A stretch of DNA of 64,000 nt from Escherichia phage vB_EcoP-CHD5UKE1, in sequence record NC_070989.1; one strand, written 5' to 3'. Below are positions 9,783-21,808 of the stretch, in pieces (position 1 is the stretch's first letter; every line of letters begins with the position of its first letter). The position numbers and the translations under genes are program-made. A model generated the notes under the pieces. It worked only from the letters and a program-made list of their open reading frames with translations. It did not search any database and was not told the DNA's origin.

Positions 9783-10751
9783 ATGGGACTTTTCGGAGGC
9801 GGGGGTAGTAAAACTACTTCCCAAATGATTCGCCCTGAATACATTCAACAGTATATTGACCAGCTTAACCAACAGATTGGTAATACTAGTTCAGGGGATT
9901 ACGTTTATCGTGACAATGTAGGATTTAATAATAACCAGACAGAGGCACTTAATAACTTAGCACAATCTGGCGCTTTAGGCACGCTCTCACAGCAATATAT
10001 GGATGCAGCAGGTCAAGGCTTGGGCTATCTAGATAATGCCTATAAAGGTTATCAGAGCCTCTCTGGACAAGGTGGGATTACTGGAGAACAGATTGGTGCT
10101 CTCGCTGGTCAACTGTATGACGATGACGCTGTGCAAGCAGCCATTACCGCTAATAATGAACAGGTTCAACAGAACTTGGCACGTAATGCTCTTCCTCAGT
10201 TAGCTCAACAGTTTGCTGGTCAACAAGGTTCAGGTGCTCGTATGGCTAAGTCTTTTGCCCAAGGTGATGCTCTGAATCAGATGCAGGGCCAAGCAACAGA
10301 TATTACCAATAGTGCCTATAACTCGGCTATTAGCCAAGCTGAAAGCATCCTCTCTGGTAATAGACAGAATCAGGCAGCTGCTCTCTCTGGTCTTTCTAAT
10401 ATTGGTTCTAACCTTTCTAACCTAGGTCAGCAGGGTGCTAATTTGTCTCAACAGCAAATAATGAATCAATGGAATGCAGGGTTGCAGCAACAACAGCAAC
10501 AACAGAATGAATATGATAATGCCTACCAGAATGCTCAGAACGCAGCTAATTGGGGATGGCAAGATATCAATAACCAACTCGGTGCAGCAGGTGTACTTAA
10601 CGGTGCTCTCGGACAAACTACAACTACTAAAACATCTGGTGGCAAAGGTGGTTTCCTTGGTGGAGCTATGAGTGGTGCAGCAGCTGGCTCTTCCTTTGGA
10701 CCTTGGGGTGCATTAGCTGGGGGTGTAATCGGTGGGTTGGCTAGTACTTAA
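9783..10751 (+). CDS. Gln/Asn-rich virion protein, compositionally similar to the preceding gene
   Basis: RBS AGGAGA; similar composition and glycine-rich hydrophobic C-terminus; likely paralogue of 8718..9770. Confidence 0.55.
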   Translation: MGLFGGGGSKTTSQMIRPEYIQQYIDQLNQQIGNTSSGDYVYRDNVGFNNNQTEALNNLAQSGALGTLSQQYMDAAGQGLGYLDNAYKGYQSLSGQGGITGEQIGALAGQLYDDDAVQAAITANNEQVQQNLARNALPQLAQQFAGQQGSGARMAKSFAQGDALNQMQGQATDITNSAYNSAISQAESILSGNRQNQAAALSGLSNIGSNLSNLGQQGANLSQQQIMNQWNAGLQQQQQQQNEYDNAYQNAQNAANWGWQDINNQLGAAGVLNGALGQTTTTKTSGGKGGFLGGAMSGAAAGSSFGPWGALAGGVIGGLAST

Positions 10752-10764
10752 TTAGGAGATAAAT

Positions 10765-12414
10765 ATGCAACAGACAACTTACGCTCAGGTCAGAAGTCGT
10801 GACCCGAGAAATACTTTCTATGGTGTTAATCCGGGAGCGGCTTCGGCCTCTCCTTATATGGCTAGACCAACTCAGACAGCAGATATTTCTATGTATCAAC
10901 GTCCTGCTGTACCTGCTGGGCTTTCCTCTCTTGTAGGTCAAACTTCAGTAGATTATCAGAATATGTTGAATCCTGTTCAGAGTAATGGTCTTCCTTCTGA
11001 TATCCCAAATGATGTACAACCTCAAGCACAACAGGCTGTAACTCTTCCTGAGTTTGAGAATCAAGAAACCATGCAAGCTGCTGGACTTTCTCCTTCTTCT
11101 ATTCCTCCAGAATCAGAACCTCTTCCGGTAACACCTCCTACTAAACCGTTAGAAGCTGGTCCTATGGAGTTTACTCCTTCTCAGGTGGAACAGGCACAAG
11201 GTGTGATTAATACTCTTGCTCAAGGACAAGACGCTGGTGATGGAATGACTGCTGCTACTCGTGCTAAAGATCAGGAACGCGTCAACAACGATATCTTGCA
11301 AGTTGCGAAAGCTAAAGACCCTTCGGAAGCTTGGAACAAACTACAGAAAGAACCATTCTATCAGAACTCTAGTTTCTACACAGGTTTGATGGGTGTAGGT
11401 CTTTCCATTATGTCAGGTAAGTCTCCTATTGAAGCTTTCCAGATTGGTCAGGGAATGGCTAATCAAGATGAGACTAAGAAGCAACTGGAAGCTAACCGTG
11501 ATGCTCTGATTGAACAAGGCTTCTCTCAAGACTCGATCGCAGCTGCTATTGCTAACGGAGACCCATCTCTACTGAAGATGAGAGCTGTAGACCCTGCTCA
11601 GAAAGAAGCGCTGTATACTGCTCGTGAAGAACGACAAAATGCTGAATGGGATAGACGTCAACAGATTCAAGAGCAAACTATGCGTGAGCGTGCTGATGAA
11701 ACTCGTCGTGCCGCTGAAGAAAGAGCTAACATGAACTTTGAACGTCAGAAAGAGTTGATTGGTTATCGTGATAAGGTTAAGGCTGAACGTGCTGAACAAG
11801 CTGCTCAGAGTTTTAACTTTAACCCGAAAGAAGTTCGTCTTGCTCAGAATACAGCTGAAGGTACGGTTGCTAAGCAGTGGGCAGAGAAAGGTGGCCTGTT
11901 TAACCAGTCTAACAAAGACTTGGATTTGGCTGATAAGGCTGTTAAGGATAAAGACTATCAGACAGCTCGTTCTGCTTACATGCAGGCTATCATGAACTCC
12001 GCAAGGGCTGAAATCGGTGCTACTCGTTCTCTTACCGAAGAAGACTTGGGGCACTTTGCAGAAGACCCATCAATCTTCGTTCGTGTTGGCAACAAGTTTG
12101 CACTGAAATCTGGATGGCGTCCTACTGATTCTGCTCTTGCTTATGCTCGTAAGCAAGCTAACGTTGGTCACACCTCTGCAATGAAAGGTGTTGCTGATGC
12201 TAAGAGAGCTACGATTGAAGCTTACATCGGTTCTGGTATGGATAAGAAGAGAGCTACTGCATTGGTTAACCGTGCAATCCCTTCTGGTGGTTTCTATGAC
12301 CCTCTAGGTGTTTTCTCTGAACAAGCAGAAGAAGCAGTTGGTGGTGCAGCAACCAATCCTAAGCTTAATGGTGCTTTATCAGCTGTCGAAGACACTAGCT
12401 GGTTTACTCAATAA
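10765..12414 (+). CDS. virion protein (hypothetical), Pro/Gln-rich N-terminus and charged helical C-terminus
   Basis: RBS AGGAGA; 549-aa ORF inside the structural block. Confidence 0.55.
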   Translation: MQQTTYAQVRSRDPRNTFYGVNPGAASASPYMARPTQTADISMYQRPAVPAGLSSLVGQTSVDYQNMLNPVQSNGLPSDIPNDVQPQAQQAVTLPEFENQETMQAAGLSPSSIPPESEPLPVTPPTKPLEAGPMEFTPSQVEQAQGVINTLAQGQDAGDGMTAATRAKDQERVNNDILQVAKAKDPSEAWNKLQKEPFYQNSSFYTGLMGVGLSIMSGKSPIEAFQIGQGMANQDETKKQLEANRDALIEQGFSQDSIAAAIANGDPSLLKMRAVDPAQKEALYTAREERQNAEWDRRQQIQEQTMRERADETRRAAEERANMNFERQKELIGYRDKVKAERAEQAAQSFNFNPKEVRLAQNTAEGTVAKQWAEKGGLFNQSNKDLDLADKAVKDKDYQTARSAYMQAIMNSARAEIGATRSLTEEDLGHFAEDPSIFVRVGNKFALKSGWRPTDSALAYARKQANVGHTSAMKGVADAKRATIEAYIGSGMDKKRATALVNRAIPSGGFYDPLGVFSEQAEEAVGGAATNPKLNGALSAVEDTSWFTQ

Positions 12415-12434
12415 GACCTAAGTCCTGCCTTCTA

Positions 12435-12443
12435 TAATGTATA
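12435..12443 (+). promoter_or_regulatory. candidate phage-specific promoter core TAATGTATA
   Basis: Exact TAATGTATA(TAGG) 39 nt upstream of the ATG at 12482; the same 9-mer recurs at similar distance upstream of several minus-strand genes. Confidence 0.5.
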
Positions 12444-12481
12444 TAGGGGGTAGGACATTTTTATTTATAAAAGGAGACGTT

Positions 12482-15400
12482 ATGGCTAACATTAAACCGT
12501 GGGAAGAAGCTTCCAAAGCTCCTGCGTATCTGAATGCCTCTCCGGAGCAACAAGCTCAAATGAGAGAACAATATAAGGCAGCAGGTGGCTCTATTCCTGA
12601 GGAACAACCAGTAGCACAACCACAACAAGAAGAACGTGGTGCTATAGGTGAGTTTGCTCAAGGTGTGTCAAATGCTCTTCAATCTGGTGGTGCAAATATT
12701 GCAGCTAGTGCTGCTAAAGGTATTGGTGGTTTAGTTGAGATTGGTGAGAATCTAGCTGGAGCACAAACTAGTTATGGTAAGCGTATCCAAGAGAACTCTC
12801 AGAACCTTCTGAAAGAACGTATGGATAAGATTGAGGATGGGATTGGTAAAACTGTCGGTCAGTATGCTGGCGTTGCTGGTGATATCGGTTTGACAGTTGC
12901 TAACCCATTGGCTGCTGCTGCTATCATCGCAGGTCGTGAGACAGGTCGTGCATATGCAGACCAAACCCCTGAAGAGGGAGAAGATAAGTCTATTCTAGAT
13001 GCAGCCTTAGTTGGTGGTGCTAACTATGCGGCTCAGAGAATCCTTCCGGGTGCTGTCGGTACAGCTGAGTCCACGCTTGGACGTATTGGTCAGAACGTTG
13101 CTAGTAACGCAGTGGCTGGTGCTAAAGGTGGTGCTCTTGTGGGTGCTGCTGAAGCTCAGAATAAGCACGGAGATGACACAACCTTTGCTAATATATTAGA
13201 AGGTGCTATCGAAGAAGGTGCTATGGGTGCTGCATTCGGTGGTGCAGTTGGTGGGGTTCATGGTTTGATTAGCCGTCCGGATTCTGCTGTCTTCAAGAAT
13301 ACTCCAGAGTATGCGAAGACTGATATTGCTGCTGATGATGAACTAATTCGTAGTGCTAAGAATATTGATGAACTGAAAGAAGCTTACTCTAAAGCTGAAA
13401 CTGCTAACGCTGCTTCTGCTCTTAACCTTCTGGATGAGAATGGATTCCGTATTACAGATGCTGTTGCTGTAGATTCTCCTGCTGCTCAGCGTATTCTTAA
13501 TACTGACCAAGCTCGTGCTGAGAAAGCTGCTTCTGTTCAGAAAGAACATTCCAACATTCCGGGCCTTAATCCTTTATCTTCTCCTGCTAAGACTCGTGGT
13601 AAATCATTTGCTGATAATGAGCACAACCAGAAGCAGGCTGTTGCTATGAAGGATGCAATGGCTGACTACACCAAAGACAACACGAAAGCTCTTACAGATG
13701 TTCTAGATAACCTAGACCGTGAATTAACTTCTCTCCGAGCTTCTGGTGATTTTACTGGTAGTCCGATTGATATTAAGAATCGTACACAAGCTGACCGTGA
13801 TTTCATTGATGCTTACAAGACTTTCTACAATGAAGCAAATCGATTCAAAGCTCGTGATGGTGAAGACTTTAATAACTTTGTAGAGAAAGCTGCTGAACTA
13901 CAGAAGATGGCTGATAATGTTTCTCCAGAGATGAAGAAAGCTATTGGTGGGTTGAAGAAACTGAAAGGTATGCCTGAAGGTTTTAATCCTATTCAAGATG
14001 CTTACACTCTGAACAATACAGCTAAATTCATGAGCAACCAAGATCGTGGTTGGACTTCCTTGACTGATGATGGATTCCGTGAGGCTTCTTCTCCTAGTCT
14101 GGTGATGAACACTCTCGGTGCTGCTAAATATGCTCTGAATCGCTTCTCTTCTCAGCGTGCCCGTTCTCAACGTGTTAAGCAACAAGAGTCTAATAGTGAA
14201 GCTATCCGCTCTCTGGCTCGTGGTGATTTGGAAGTTGCTCGTGCTAAATCTACTGCTGATGAAGCTCGTGCTAAGATGGAAGAAGAACCAGTTGTTGATG
14301 ACATTAAATTTAAGACGCAAAATGACGTGGAAACCGAACCGGTTCGGGAGCCTTCTTCTAGTACTGTGACGGAAGAAAATCTTCCTTCTTCTACTCCTCA
14401 AGAAACCCCTCTCACAGCTCGTGATTTAGTTGCGCAAAGACGCGCTATCCGTCAGGCTGAACAGCGTCGCGCTGAAGAAGAGGCAGCAGCAGCTCAAGAA
14501 GCTCCGGTCGAACAAGCTCCACAGGCTGAACCTCTCCCTGCTCGTAACCCTTTAGAGGAACGTCGTGCAATGGAACAGCAACGTGCTCAAGAAGAGGCCG
14601 CACAGGCTCCAGAACCAACCGTAGAGGAACCAACAGTCAAAGCTGAGCCATTACCTGCTCGTGCTCCTAAAGCTCCTAAGGAAGCTGTACAGGACGTTAA
14701 ACCGGCAAGTGGTGTAGAACGTTTAGCTGCTATGTCTAGTGCTGCTCGTCAGGCTACTAAAGATCGTGCAGAACGCTTTGCTCGTTCTCTGTACTCTAAG
14801 GCTGCTAAAGCTAAAGCTACTGCTGAAAACTTCTTGGCTTATAAAGGCGATCCTAAGGAACTGATGCGTCGTATTCGTCAGGAAGATAATGCTATCAACA
14901 CTGAACGTCATGAAGAAATGGCTCGTAACCAGCTGGCCTCTCAGCAAGGTATTGCTACTGCTAAGAACAACACTGTACGAACTAATTTTGCTGAATGGGT
15001 TAAAGAACGTGGTCTGCCAGAAGACATTGCTACTAAGGCATTACGTGCTGAAGAGAAAGGTTTAGGTGGGAACGTAACTAACTTGGATAGTCTGAAACGT
15101 CGTGCTGAAAGGTTGTATCAGAAGCAGCGTGAGGATGAGTTTGATAGACTGTACCAACAAGCTCTAGAAGAGAACAAAGCTTTCGATAAGAAAGATGCTC
15201 CTAAACTGGTTGATCAGAAGAAAGAGCTTCAGTCTGAGATTGATGCTTTGATTGATTCAGAACCTTTACGTCCTGCTCAGAAAGATGCTATGCGTAAGCT
15301 GATGAATGACTTTGTAGATGGGAAGTTTAAATCTTCAGAGAAGGCTGGTAGGGAAGAGGCTTTGGAAGTTGGTCAGATGAAGGATATTTGGGATGGGTTT

Positions 15401-16903
15401 ATTAACACCTACAACAGAGAAGTGAATGCCTTCAACAAAGCTAACAAGAACTCTCAGTACGAAGCTGCTGCTAAGCACTTACAGGCTCGTGAAGAACGTC
15501 TTGCTACCCTCAGGAAAAAGGCTCAGGCTCGTTCAGATGCTAAGGCTGCTGTTGAGAATGAACGTAAAACTTTAGAGGCTATTGCAGCTCAGAAGAGTGA
15601 GATTGAGAAGATGATGGAAGGTTTACCTAAACCTGTTCGTGAGGCTCAGGAATCTCGTACATTGAAACAGTTGGCTGCTCACCATGACAAGAACTCTCCA
15701 GTTCCTCCAGAGAAGTTCCGTAGTTACATTGAACGTATCCACAACGCCGAGTCAGATTATCTTGATCGTCAGCGTCGTTTAACTGATGCAGAGGAAGATG
15801 CTCGTCAGGCCAAGTGGAACAAGATGTACGAGCAAGCGGAAGAGATGAACCGTAAGTTTGATGTGGACAAGAGAGTTAAGCGCAGTGAAGAGCTTAAAGC
15901 GGCCCAAGAGCGTGAGAATGATCTTATGGCAGTACAACGTCAACGTGATGACATTCATCGCCGCCTGATGCGTACTATGGAAGATAAGGGCATATCTAGA
16001 GAGGATGCTGAAGCGTTTGCTGGTTCCTATATGGACAACCGTTATGCACTTCTTGAGAAACCTATGACTCCTACTGAACATCAGAATGCTCGTTCTCGTA
16101 TCGAAGCTGATGTTGAGAAGTTTGCTAAGAAGTACGAATCAATGACTCCTATCGAGAAAGAGATTGTTAAGGTTACTGGAGATACTGAAGGTAAGCTTGA
16201 TAACTTGGATGCGGATACTAGGAAGGCTATTGAGGAGGCTCAGAAGGTTGACTCTGATATTAAGAAACTGCAAGAGGAAGAATTGGAGATGGAGAAGATT
16301 CGTTCTGCTCTGCCTGATGATGAAAAATCTCAAGCAAATTCTGATATCTTGGAAAGCATTAAACAACAGGAAGAGGTCTTTGCTGATAAAGTAGAGAAAG
16401 CTTTCTTGAGTGGGAAGAGCTTGGATGAGTTGGCTAGTGTGGCTGAAGTTTTAGACAGGGTTCATGGTGCAGATAAGGCTGGTAACAACCGTCGCTTTGT
16501 ACGTGCATTGCAGACTGCTGCTGAAAACAAGAAGAAGTATGGTGATAATCCAGTAGCTTGGTTTAGTGCTGATGATTACTCTGCCATTGCTAAACTTGGT
16601 GCTTCTTCCGCAGGTGGTAACAAATCCAGAGCACTGGAGAAGATCTTTGGTTCTACAGCTGAACAGGCTAAGAGTAAGTTGCTTGGTAGGGATGATGTAG
16701 CGAAGATGAGACGTGTGATTGAAGAGAACCCTGATATTAAGATTCCTTCTTACAAGACAACGAATCGTACTGAGTACTTGCAGTTCTTGGAGAAGTTTAA
16801 TGACGAAGGGAAGCCGAAGATTAAACGTGGCTCATTGTCAGAGAAGCTTGAACGCAGTAAGCGTCAATCGAGACTCCGTGTAAGAGTTCGACCTAAGGAG
16901 TGA
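12482..16903 (+). CDS. large virion protein (1474 aa), Ala/Glu/Lys/Arg-rich coiled coil; putative internal/ejection or tape-measure-like protein
   Basis: ATG 12482 with RBS AAAGGAGA (ORF-track start 12437 overlaps the promoter motif); very long predicted helical protein at the end of the structural block. Confidence 0.65.
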   Translation: MANIKPWEEASKAPAYLNASPEQQAQMREQYKAAGGSIPEEQPVAQPQQEERGAIGEFAQGVSNALQSGGANIAASAAKGIGGLVEIGENLAGAQTSYGKRIQENSQNLLKERMDKIEDGIGKTVGQYAGVAGDIGLTVANPLAAAAIIAGRETGRAYADQTPEEGEDKSILDAALVGGANYAAQRILPGAVGTAESTLGRIGQNVASNAVAGAKGGALVGAAEAQNKHGDDTTFANILEGAIEEGAMGAAFGGAVGGVHGLISRPDSAVFKNTPEYAKTDIAADDELIRSAKNIDELKEAYSKAETANAASALNLLDENGFRITDAVAVDSPAAQRILNTDQARAEKAASVQKEHSNIPGLNPLSSPAKTRGKSFADNEHNQKQAVAMKDAMADYTKDNTKALTDVLDNLDRELTSLRASGDFTGSPIDIKNRTQADRDFIDAYKTFYNEANRFKARDGEDFNNFVEKAAELQKMADNVSPEMKKAIGGLKKLKGMPEGFNPIQDAYTLNNTAKFMSNQDRGWTSLTDDGFREASSPSLVMNTLGAAKYALNRFSSQRARSQRVKQQESNSEAIRSLARGDLEVARAKSTADEARAKMEEEPVVDDIKFKTQNDVETEPVREPSSSTVTEENLPSSTPQETPLTARDLVAQRRAIRQAEQRRAEEEAAAAQEAPVEQAPQAEPLPARNPLEERRAMEQQRAQEEAAQAPEPTVEEPTVKAEPLPARAPKAPKEAVQDVKPASGVERLAAMSSAARQATKDRAERFARSLYSKAAKAKATAENFLAYKGDPKELMRRIRQEDNAINTERHEEMARNQLASQQGIATAKNNTVRTNFAEWVKERGLPEDIATKALRAEEKGLGGNVTNLDSLKRRAERLYQKQREDEFDRLYQQALEENKAFDKKDAPKLVDQKKELQSEIDALIDSEPLRPAQKDAMRKLMNDFVDGKFKSSEKAGREEALEVGQMKDIWDGFINTYNREVNAFNKANKNSQYEAAAKHLQAREERLATLRKKAQARSDAKAAVENERKTLEAIAAQKSEIEKMMEGLPKPVREAQESRTLKQLAAHHDKNSPVPPEKFRSYIERIHNAESDYLDRQRRLTDAEEDARQAKWNKMYEQAEEMNRKFDVDKRVKRSEELKAAQERENDLMAVQRQRDDIHRRLMRTMEDKGISREDAEAFAGSYMDNRYALLEKPMTPTEHQNARSRIEADVEKFAKKYESMTPIEKEIVKVTGDTEGKLDNLDADTRKAIEEAQKVDSDIKKLQEEELEMEKIRSALPDDEKSQANSDILESIKQQEEVFADKVEKAFLSGKSLDELASVAEVLDRVHGADKAGNNRRFVRALQTAAENKKKYGDNPVAWFSADDYSAIAKLGASSAGGNKSRALEKIFGSTAEQAKSKLLGRDDVAKMRRVIEENPDIKIPSYKTTNRTEYLQFLEKFNDEGKPKIKRGSLSEKLERSKRQSRLRVRVRPKE

Positions 16904-16910
16904 TAAAAGA

Positions 16911-16947
16911 AAAGCCCCAACCGAAAGGAAGGGGCTTTATTTGTTTC
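16911..16947. terminator. bidirectional rho-independent terminator at the convergence of the two transcription blocks
   Basis: aagcccc-(12 nt)-ggggctt hairpin flanked by T-runs on both strands (TTATTTGTTT on +, TTCTTTT on -). Confidence 0.65.
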
Positions 16948-17092
16948 TAAGTTTTAAAAACCATCAAATTCGTCATACATCCCAATTCTCTTCAGAAGTC
17001 TGGATGTTCATCTTCAAAGCATCCTGAGATGCCTCCGTAGAACCAATCTGATTTATTGCCAAGAATGACAACTTCTTCATTCATATACCCTC

Positions 17093-17254
17093 CTAGATTG
17101 TGTTTATAAAATTAGTAAGTTTCTCTTCACTTTCATCAAAAGCTTTTCCAGCTGCTTCCATCTCCCAAGTATCGGCATTGTCAATAAAGCTCTGAGCTTC
17201 TAATAGGTCGTGGATTAAGTCGAAGAGTTTATTTTTATCTGCTTGTGTGATCAT
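17093..17254 (-). CDS. small hypothetical protein (53 aa)
   Basis: Hand-translated ORF; AGGAA 5 nt upstream of ATG; last ORF before the convergent terminator. Confidence 0.35.
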   Translation of the reverse strand: MITQADKNKLFDLIHDLLEAQSFIDNADTWEMEAAGKAFDESEEKLTNFINTI

Positions 17255-17262
17255 GTCAGTTC

Positions 17263-17520
17263 CTAGATTAAATCGTAATACTGAATAATGTCAGAGAGTT
17301 TGAACTCTCGAATCTCATCTTTCTCTACATCTATCGCTGTCATAATCCAACAAGGTTTGCCACCGTTATGAAAACGGGAGCTAGCAACGGAGGTTCGGAG
17401 TGGAATAACGGACCGGTCAGCAACCTCGCCTCTCCAATTGCGATAGCGAAAGCGAAGCATTTGTTGCGTAGATTTTTGATCATCACTCATTTCCTTTTTT
17501 GAATTGTTTTCTTGCATCAT
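17263..17520 (-). CDS. hypothetical protein (~85 aa; start uncertain)
   Basis: ORF-track ORF 17263..17631 trimmed to the first ATG (17520) that limits overlap with the upstream HNH gene; an ATG at 17490 is an alternative. Confidence 0.4.
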   Translation of the reverse strand: MMQENNSKKEMSDDQKSTQQMLRFRYRNWRGEVADRSVIPLRTSVASSRFHNGGKPCWIMTAIDVEKDEIREFKLSDIIQYYDLI

Positions 17521-17884
17521 TCTCTTCTTTTGTTTTAATCTTATGACAAGGGTCTTTACACAGAACCTGAAAACCTTCTTTCTCACACAGAGCACGAGAG
17601 ATGATCTCATCCCAAGTGGCTTCATGGTCAAGAGGAACTATAGGCTCTATGTGGTCAATAGCCATATCCTTTACAGGGTGGTCAGAACCACACATGGCAC
17701 ACTTAAAGTGCATTGCCAGTCTGCCTGTCTTTGGATTAATCTTCTGCTCTGTCTTGGCGTCTGCTAGTGCATCGAACATGGGCTTCCACTTTCTAGTCAG
17801 AGAACGAATCCCTGACTTGATGAAAGAGTTATAACGAGCTTCAGTCCACATTCCACTACAGCGAGTCTTCTCAGACTTCGCCAT
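17483..17884 (-). CDS. HNH-family endonuclease-like zinc-binding protein
   Basis: CAMCG...DHIEPIVP...LCKDPCHKIK matches the C-x2-C/DH..P/C-x-x-CH..K pattern of HNH nucleases. Confidence 0.6.
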   Translation of the reverse strand: MAKSEKTRCSGMWTEARYNSFIKSGIRSLTRKWKPMFDALADAKTEQKINPKTGRLAMHFKCAMCGSDHPVKDMAIDHIEPIVPLDHEATWDEIISRALCEKEGFQVLCKDPCHKIKTKEENDARKQFKKGNE

Positions 17885-18050
17885 AATCAGCTTCTTCCCA
17901 AACTCGTTTGTTTACACGATGGCTTACCTTACCCTCTCGAGGAATACGACCAGTCCGCTGATCAAACAGTTGATGTTTAATCTTTTGGTCTTTACGAGAT
18001 TCACGGTTGGAGGAGTTTTCATCATATGAACGATAATCAAATTTACCCAT
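17871..18050 (-). CDS. small hypothetical protein (59 aa)
   Basis: Hand-translated; RBS AAGGA 7 nt upstream of ATG; stop overlaps start of downstream gene. Confidence 0.35.
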   Translation of the reverse strand: MGKFDYRSYDENSSNRESRKDQKIKHQLFDQRTGRIPREGKVSHRVNKRVWEEADYGEV

Positions 18051-18063
18051 TATAATATCCTTA

Positions 18064-18906
18064 TTACCAAGATTTATCTAACCATGTCCAGTCGAACAGG
18101 TCTTCCGGAGTCTGACCAACAAAGAGAAGCCGAGCATTCTCAAGCATCTTCTCTTCATCTTCAGTATCGAACTTCTTATAATATTCCATTCGTACTATAT
18201 GATACATGGTCCACTTATCTGTAACACCAGCTAGTAATTTAGCTGCTGCCTTCTTCCCTACTCCTTGACGTCGAAGCTGAAGCTTACCCCCCCACATGAC
18301 TTCTTCACGTTCCCCACATCCGGGGATATTATCCGTACCATCTCCAATCAACATTTGATAGAAGAAGTTTTGCCATGAAACTAAATCAGATACATAGTGA
18401 GGAGGAACCTCTTTTTGTCTTTCTCCACAAGCCCAACGGTAATGCCATCCGGGAGTTATCAACAAATCTTTGTCTCTAGTACAGATGATAGTGTTCTTAT
18501 CTCTACGTTGCCTTTCAGCTAGTGCATCATCAGCTTCTCTACCAAAGACCTCAATGTATTCGTACTTGGCTTTAATGTAATCACCAACGTTTTGCCAGTG
18601 AAAAGGTCTTTCTCCGGGAGGTCTGTTTGCCTTGTAGTCTTGTTGCTTAGCAACATCGAAACGGAAGTTACCACCTTCGCTGAAGTAGAATACAACCTTA
18701 CTACAACCCGAGCGAGCTATGATTGTATCGATCTTGTACTGAAGTCGTTCAATCATGAAATTGTAATCAACTGGAACACGTCCTGTGTCAAGGAAGGGAT
18801 GCTCCTGAGTAAGAGCACCTACTTCATACCGAAGAACGTCAGCGTCCACTATAGCAACTTCAGGGAGCTTAACCTCTTCCATAAATATCATCCTGAGCTT
18901 GAGCAA
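18064..18906 (-). CDS. 5'-3' exonuclease / flap endonuclease (FEN, T7 gp6-like)
   Basis: Motifs GREADDAL, CTRDKDL and IGDGTDNIPG...KKAAAKLL are hallmarks of the PIN-like 5' nuclease plus H3TH domain; true start may be the internal ATG at 18882. Confidence 0.8.
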   Translation of the reverse strand: MLKLRMIFMEEVKLPEVAIVDADVLRYEVGALTQEHPFLDTGRVPVDYNFMIERLQYKIDTIIARSGCSKVVFYFSEGGNFRFDVAKQQDYKANRPPGERPFHWQNVGDYIKAKYEYIEVFGREADDALAERQRRDKNTIICTRDKDLLITPGWHYRWACGERQKEVPPHYVSDLVSWQNFFYQMLIGDGTDNIPGCGEREEVMWGGKLQLRRQGVGKKAAAKLLAGVTDKWTMYHIVRMEYYKKFDTEDEEKMLENARLLFVGQTPEDLFDWTWLDKSW

Positions 18907-19758
18907 TAATCCAATCTAGATCTGATACTGCTGATTCAATAGTTGAGTCATTAAATAGTAGATATGTTTTTCTCTGCTCTCCTTCAATATATGAGCGAGA
19001 GTCTCCATCAAAAGAGCAACCATCTCTAAGAACTTGGACAACTTGGACATGGAAATTCTTTTCTAGTTCTCGTACCTCTGCATCAAAACCTCCGTCAGTA
19101 AACATGACAATATCATCCTGACCTAACCCTTCTTGTTTGATGCTTTTTACAGCAAGATTCCCCATATGGTTGTTGCCAAACATAGGTTTTAAGAAGTCTT
19201 CACTTGTAGAAATCATCAAATCTCTTACAGACTTCCCTCCCCATTCTGGTCTAGGTTTTTCTTTCCATTCACGGTCTTCATAGCGTGCTAGAAAGTTTTC
19301 TAGAGGTATGCCTAGTGCAGCAGCAGCTACCTTGTACATTGGCTCCTTGAAGGATTTGGTTGAATAATTGTGATGGTATGAATGGGCATTGACCCAAGCA
19401 TTGGCTATCGTATCTTTACCACAACCCGGAGGCCCATTAAGAATTACTACTAAAGGCTTATAATGGGAATCTACCACCATATTGGTCAGTGCTGGATTGC
19501 CTTGAGATTCCATTTCTAATTGCTCCGTGTGGTCATGTGAGTAGTCTACTGGAGAAGTTTTGTTACCAGTAACTTTAGGTAAAATCGCTCTAGTTGTTTC
19601 TACGTATTTACCGCCATCAATATTGATTTGAAACTCTACAAGCTCATTCTGTAACTCATATCCTGATAAGTTGGATAGCTCCTCCAACTCATCTCTGATG
19701 AAATTTAAATGTTTGATTTTAATTGCAAGAGCTTTCTTTAAAGCTTTTACCTCTTCAC

Positions 19759-19768
<10 letters not shown>
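18869..19768 (-). CDS. P-loop NTPase, putative (deoxy)nucleotide kinase with N-terminal coiled coil
   Basis: Walker A VVILNGPPGCGKDT; size and context suit a nucleotide kinase; substrate unknown. Confidence 0.55.
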
Positions 19769-21254
<1,486 letters not shown>

Positions 21255-21255
<1 letters not shown>

Positions 21256-21515
21256 TATTTTATCCCACGCTCTTTCAGAGCTTCTAACAATCCATTGTGA
21301 TTGGCAGCACATTCTGTGTACTGGTCCTGATACCACTCCAACGTAGTGGCTAGTGCCTTTCCTTGAGCACTCTCTAAAAGAGGTAGGTCAACCCTACATT
21401 CAGCTTTTAGGTTTGTTGGTAAGGGCATTGATTGCCTGCTGTTGTCGCTCGTTGAACATGCGGACATAGTCATCGCTAGCGCAGACATTATAAAAAACTG
21501 GTTTAGTTTTCTCAT
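21255..21515 (-). CDS. putative o-spanin (Rz1-like outer-membrane lipoprotein)
   Basis: Signal-like N-terminus with lipobox-like MSAC, Pro-containing periplasmic region; embedded out of frame in the 3' end of the i-spanin candidate. Confidence 0.45.
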
Positions 21516-21750
21516 AATGCATCTCTTTATAAATGGTTTCCGTGTTCTTCTTCCAGTTAGATAAACCGGTAAGAACTCTCTGAGCAACCTCATCAGCTGC
21601 CTTGCTTCTTTCAATCTCTAACTCTTGTTGATGTTTCTCTTTATCTAGATTACTACTGTCTGTTTGGTACTCGTTAAACTTCATACCACCAAAGAATACA
21701 AGAGCTGAGAAAACGATAAACCCTAAGTTATCACTTAATGTGTTTTGCAT
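21400..21750 (-). CDS. putative i-spanin (Rz-like), N-terminal TM helix plus coiled coil
   Basis: TM segment LGFIVFSALVFFGG followed by charged helical region; overlapped by the lipoprotein ORF in another frame. Confidence 0.45.
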   Translation of the reverse strand: MQNTLSDNLGFIVFSALVFFGGMKFNEYQTDSSNLDKEKHQQELEIERSKAADEVAQRVLTGLSNWKKNTETIYKEMHYEKTKPVFYNVCASDDYVRMFNERQQQAINALTNKPKS

Positions 21751-21760
21751 GTTGTCTCCA

Positions 21761-21786
21761 ACGAAAAAAGCCACCCGAAGGTGGCT
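21761..21786 (-). terminator. rho-independent terminator (minus strand)
   Basis: agccacc-ttcg-ggtggct followed by TTTTTT on the minus strand; downstream of the HNH gene. Confidence 0.65.
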
Positions 21787-21808
21787 AAGCTATAACAAGG
21801 AGAGTTAT

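Noticed and set aside
12437-12481. ORF-track start at 12437 for the 1488-aa ORF
   Set aside because: That start overlaps the TAATGTATA motif and has no RBS; the ATG at 12482 has AAAGGAGA 6 nt upstream.
17504-17834. Plus-strand ORFs inside the minus-strand block (17504..17767, 17601..17834, and similar antisense ORFs such as 45435..45854, 45919..46191, 31967..32281, 21023..21346)
   Set aside because: They lie antisense to ORFs with recognisable motifs or strong context, lack RBS, and have low-complexity translations; treated as shadow ORFs.
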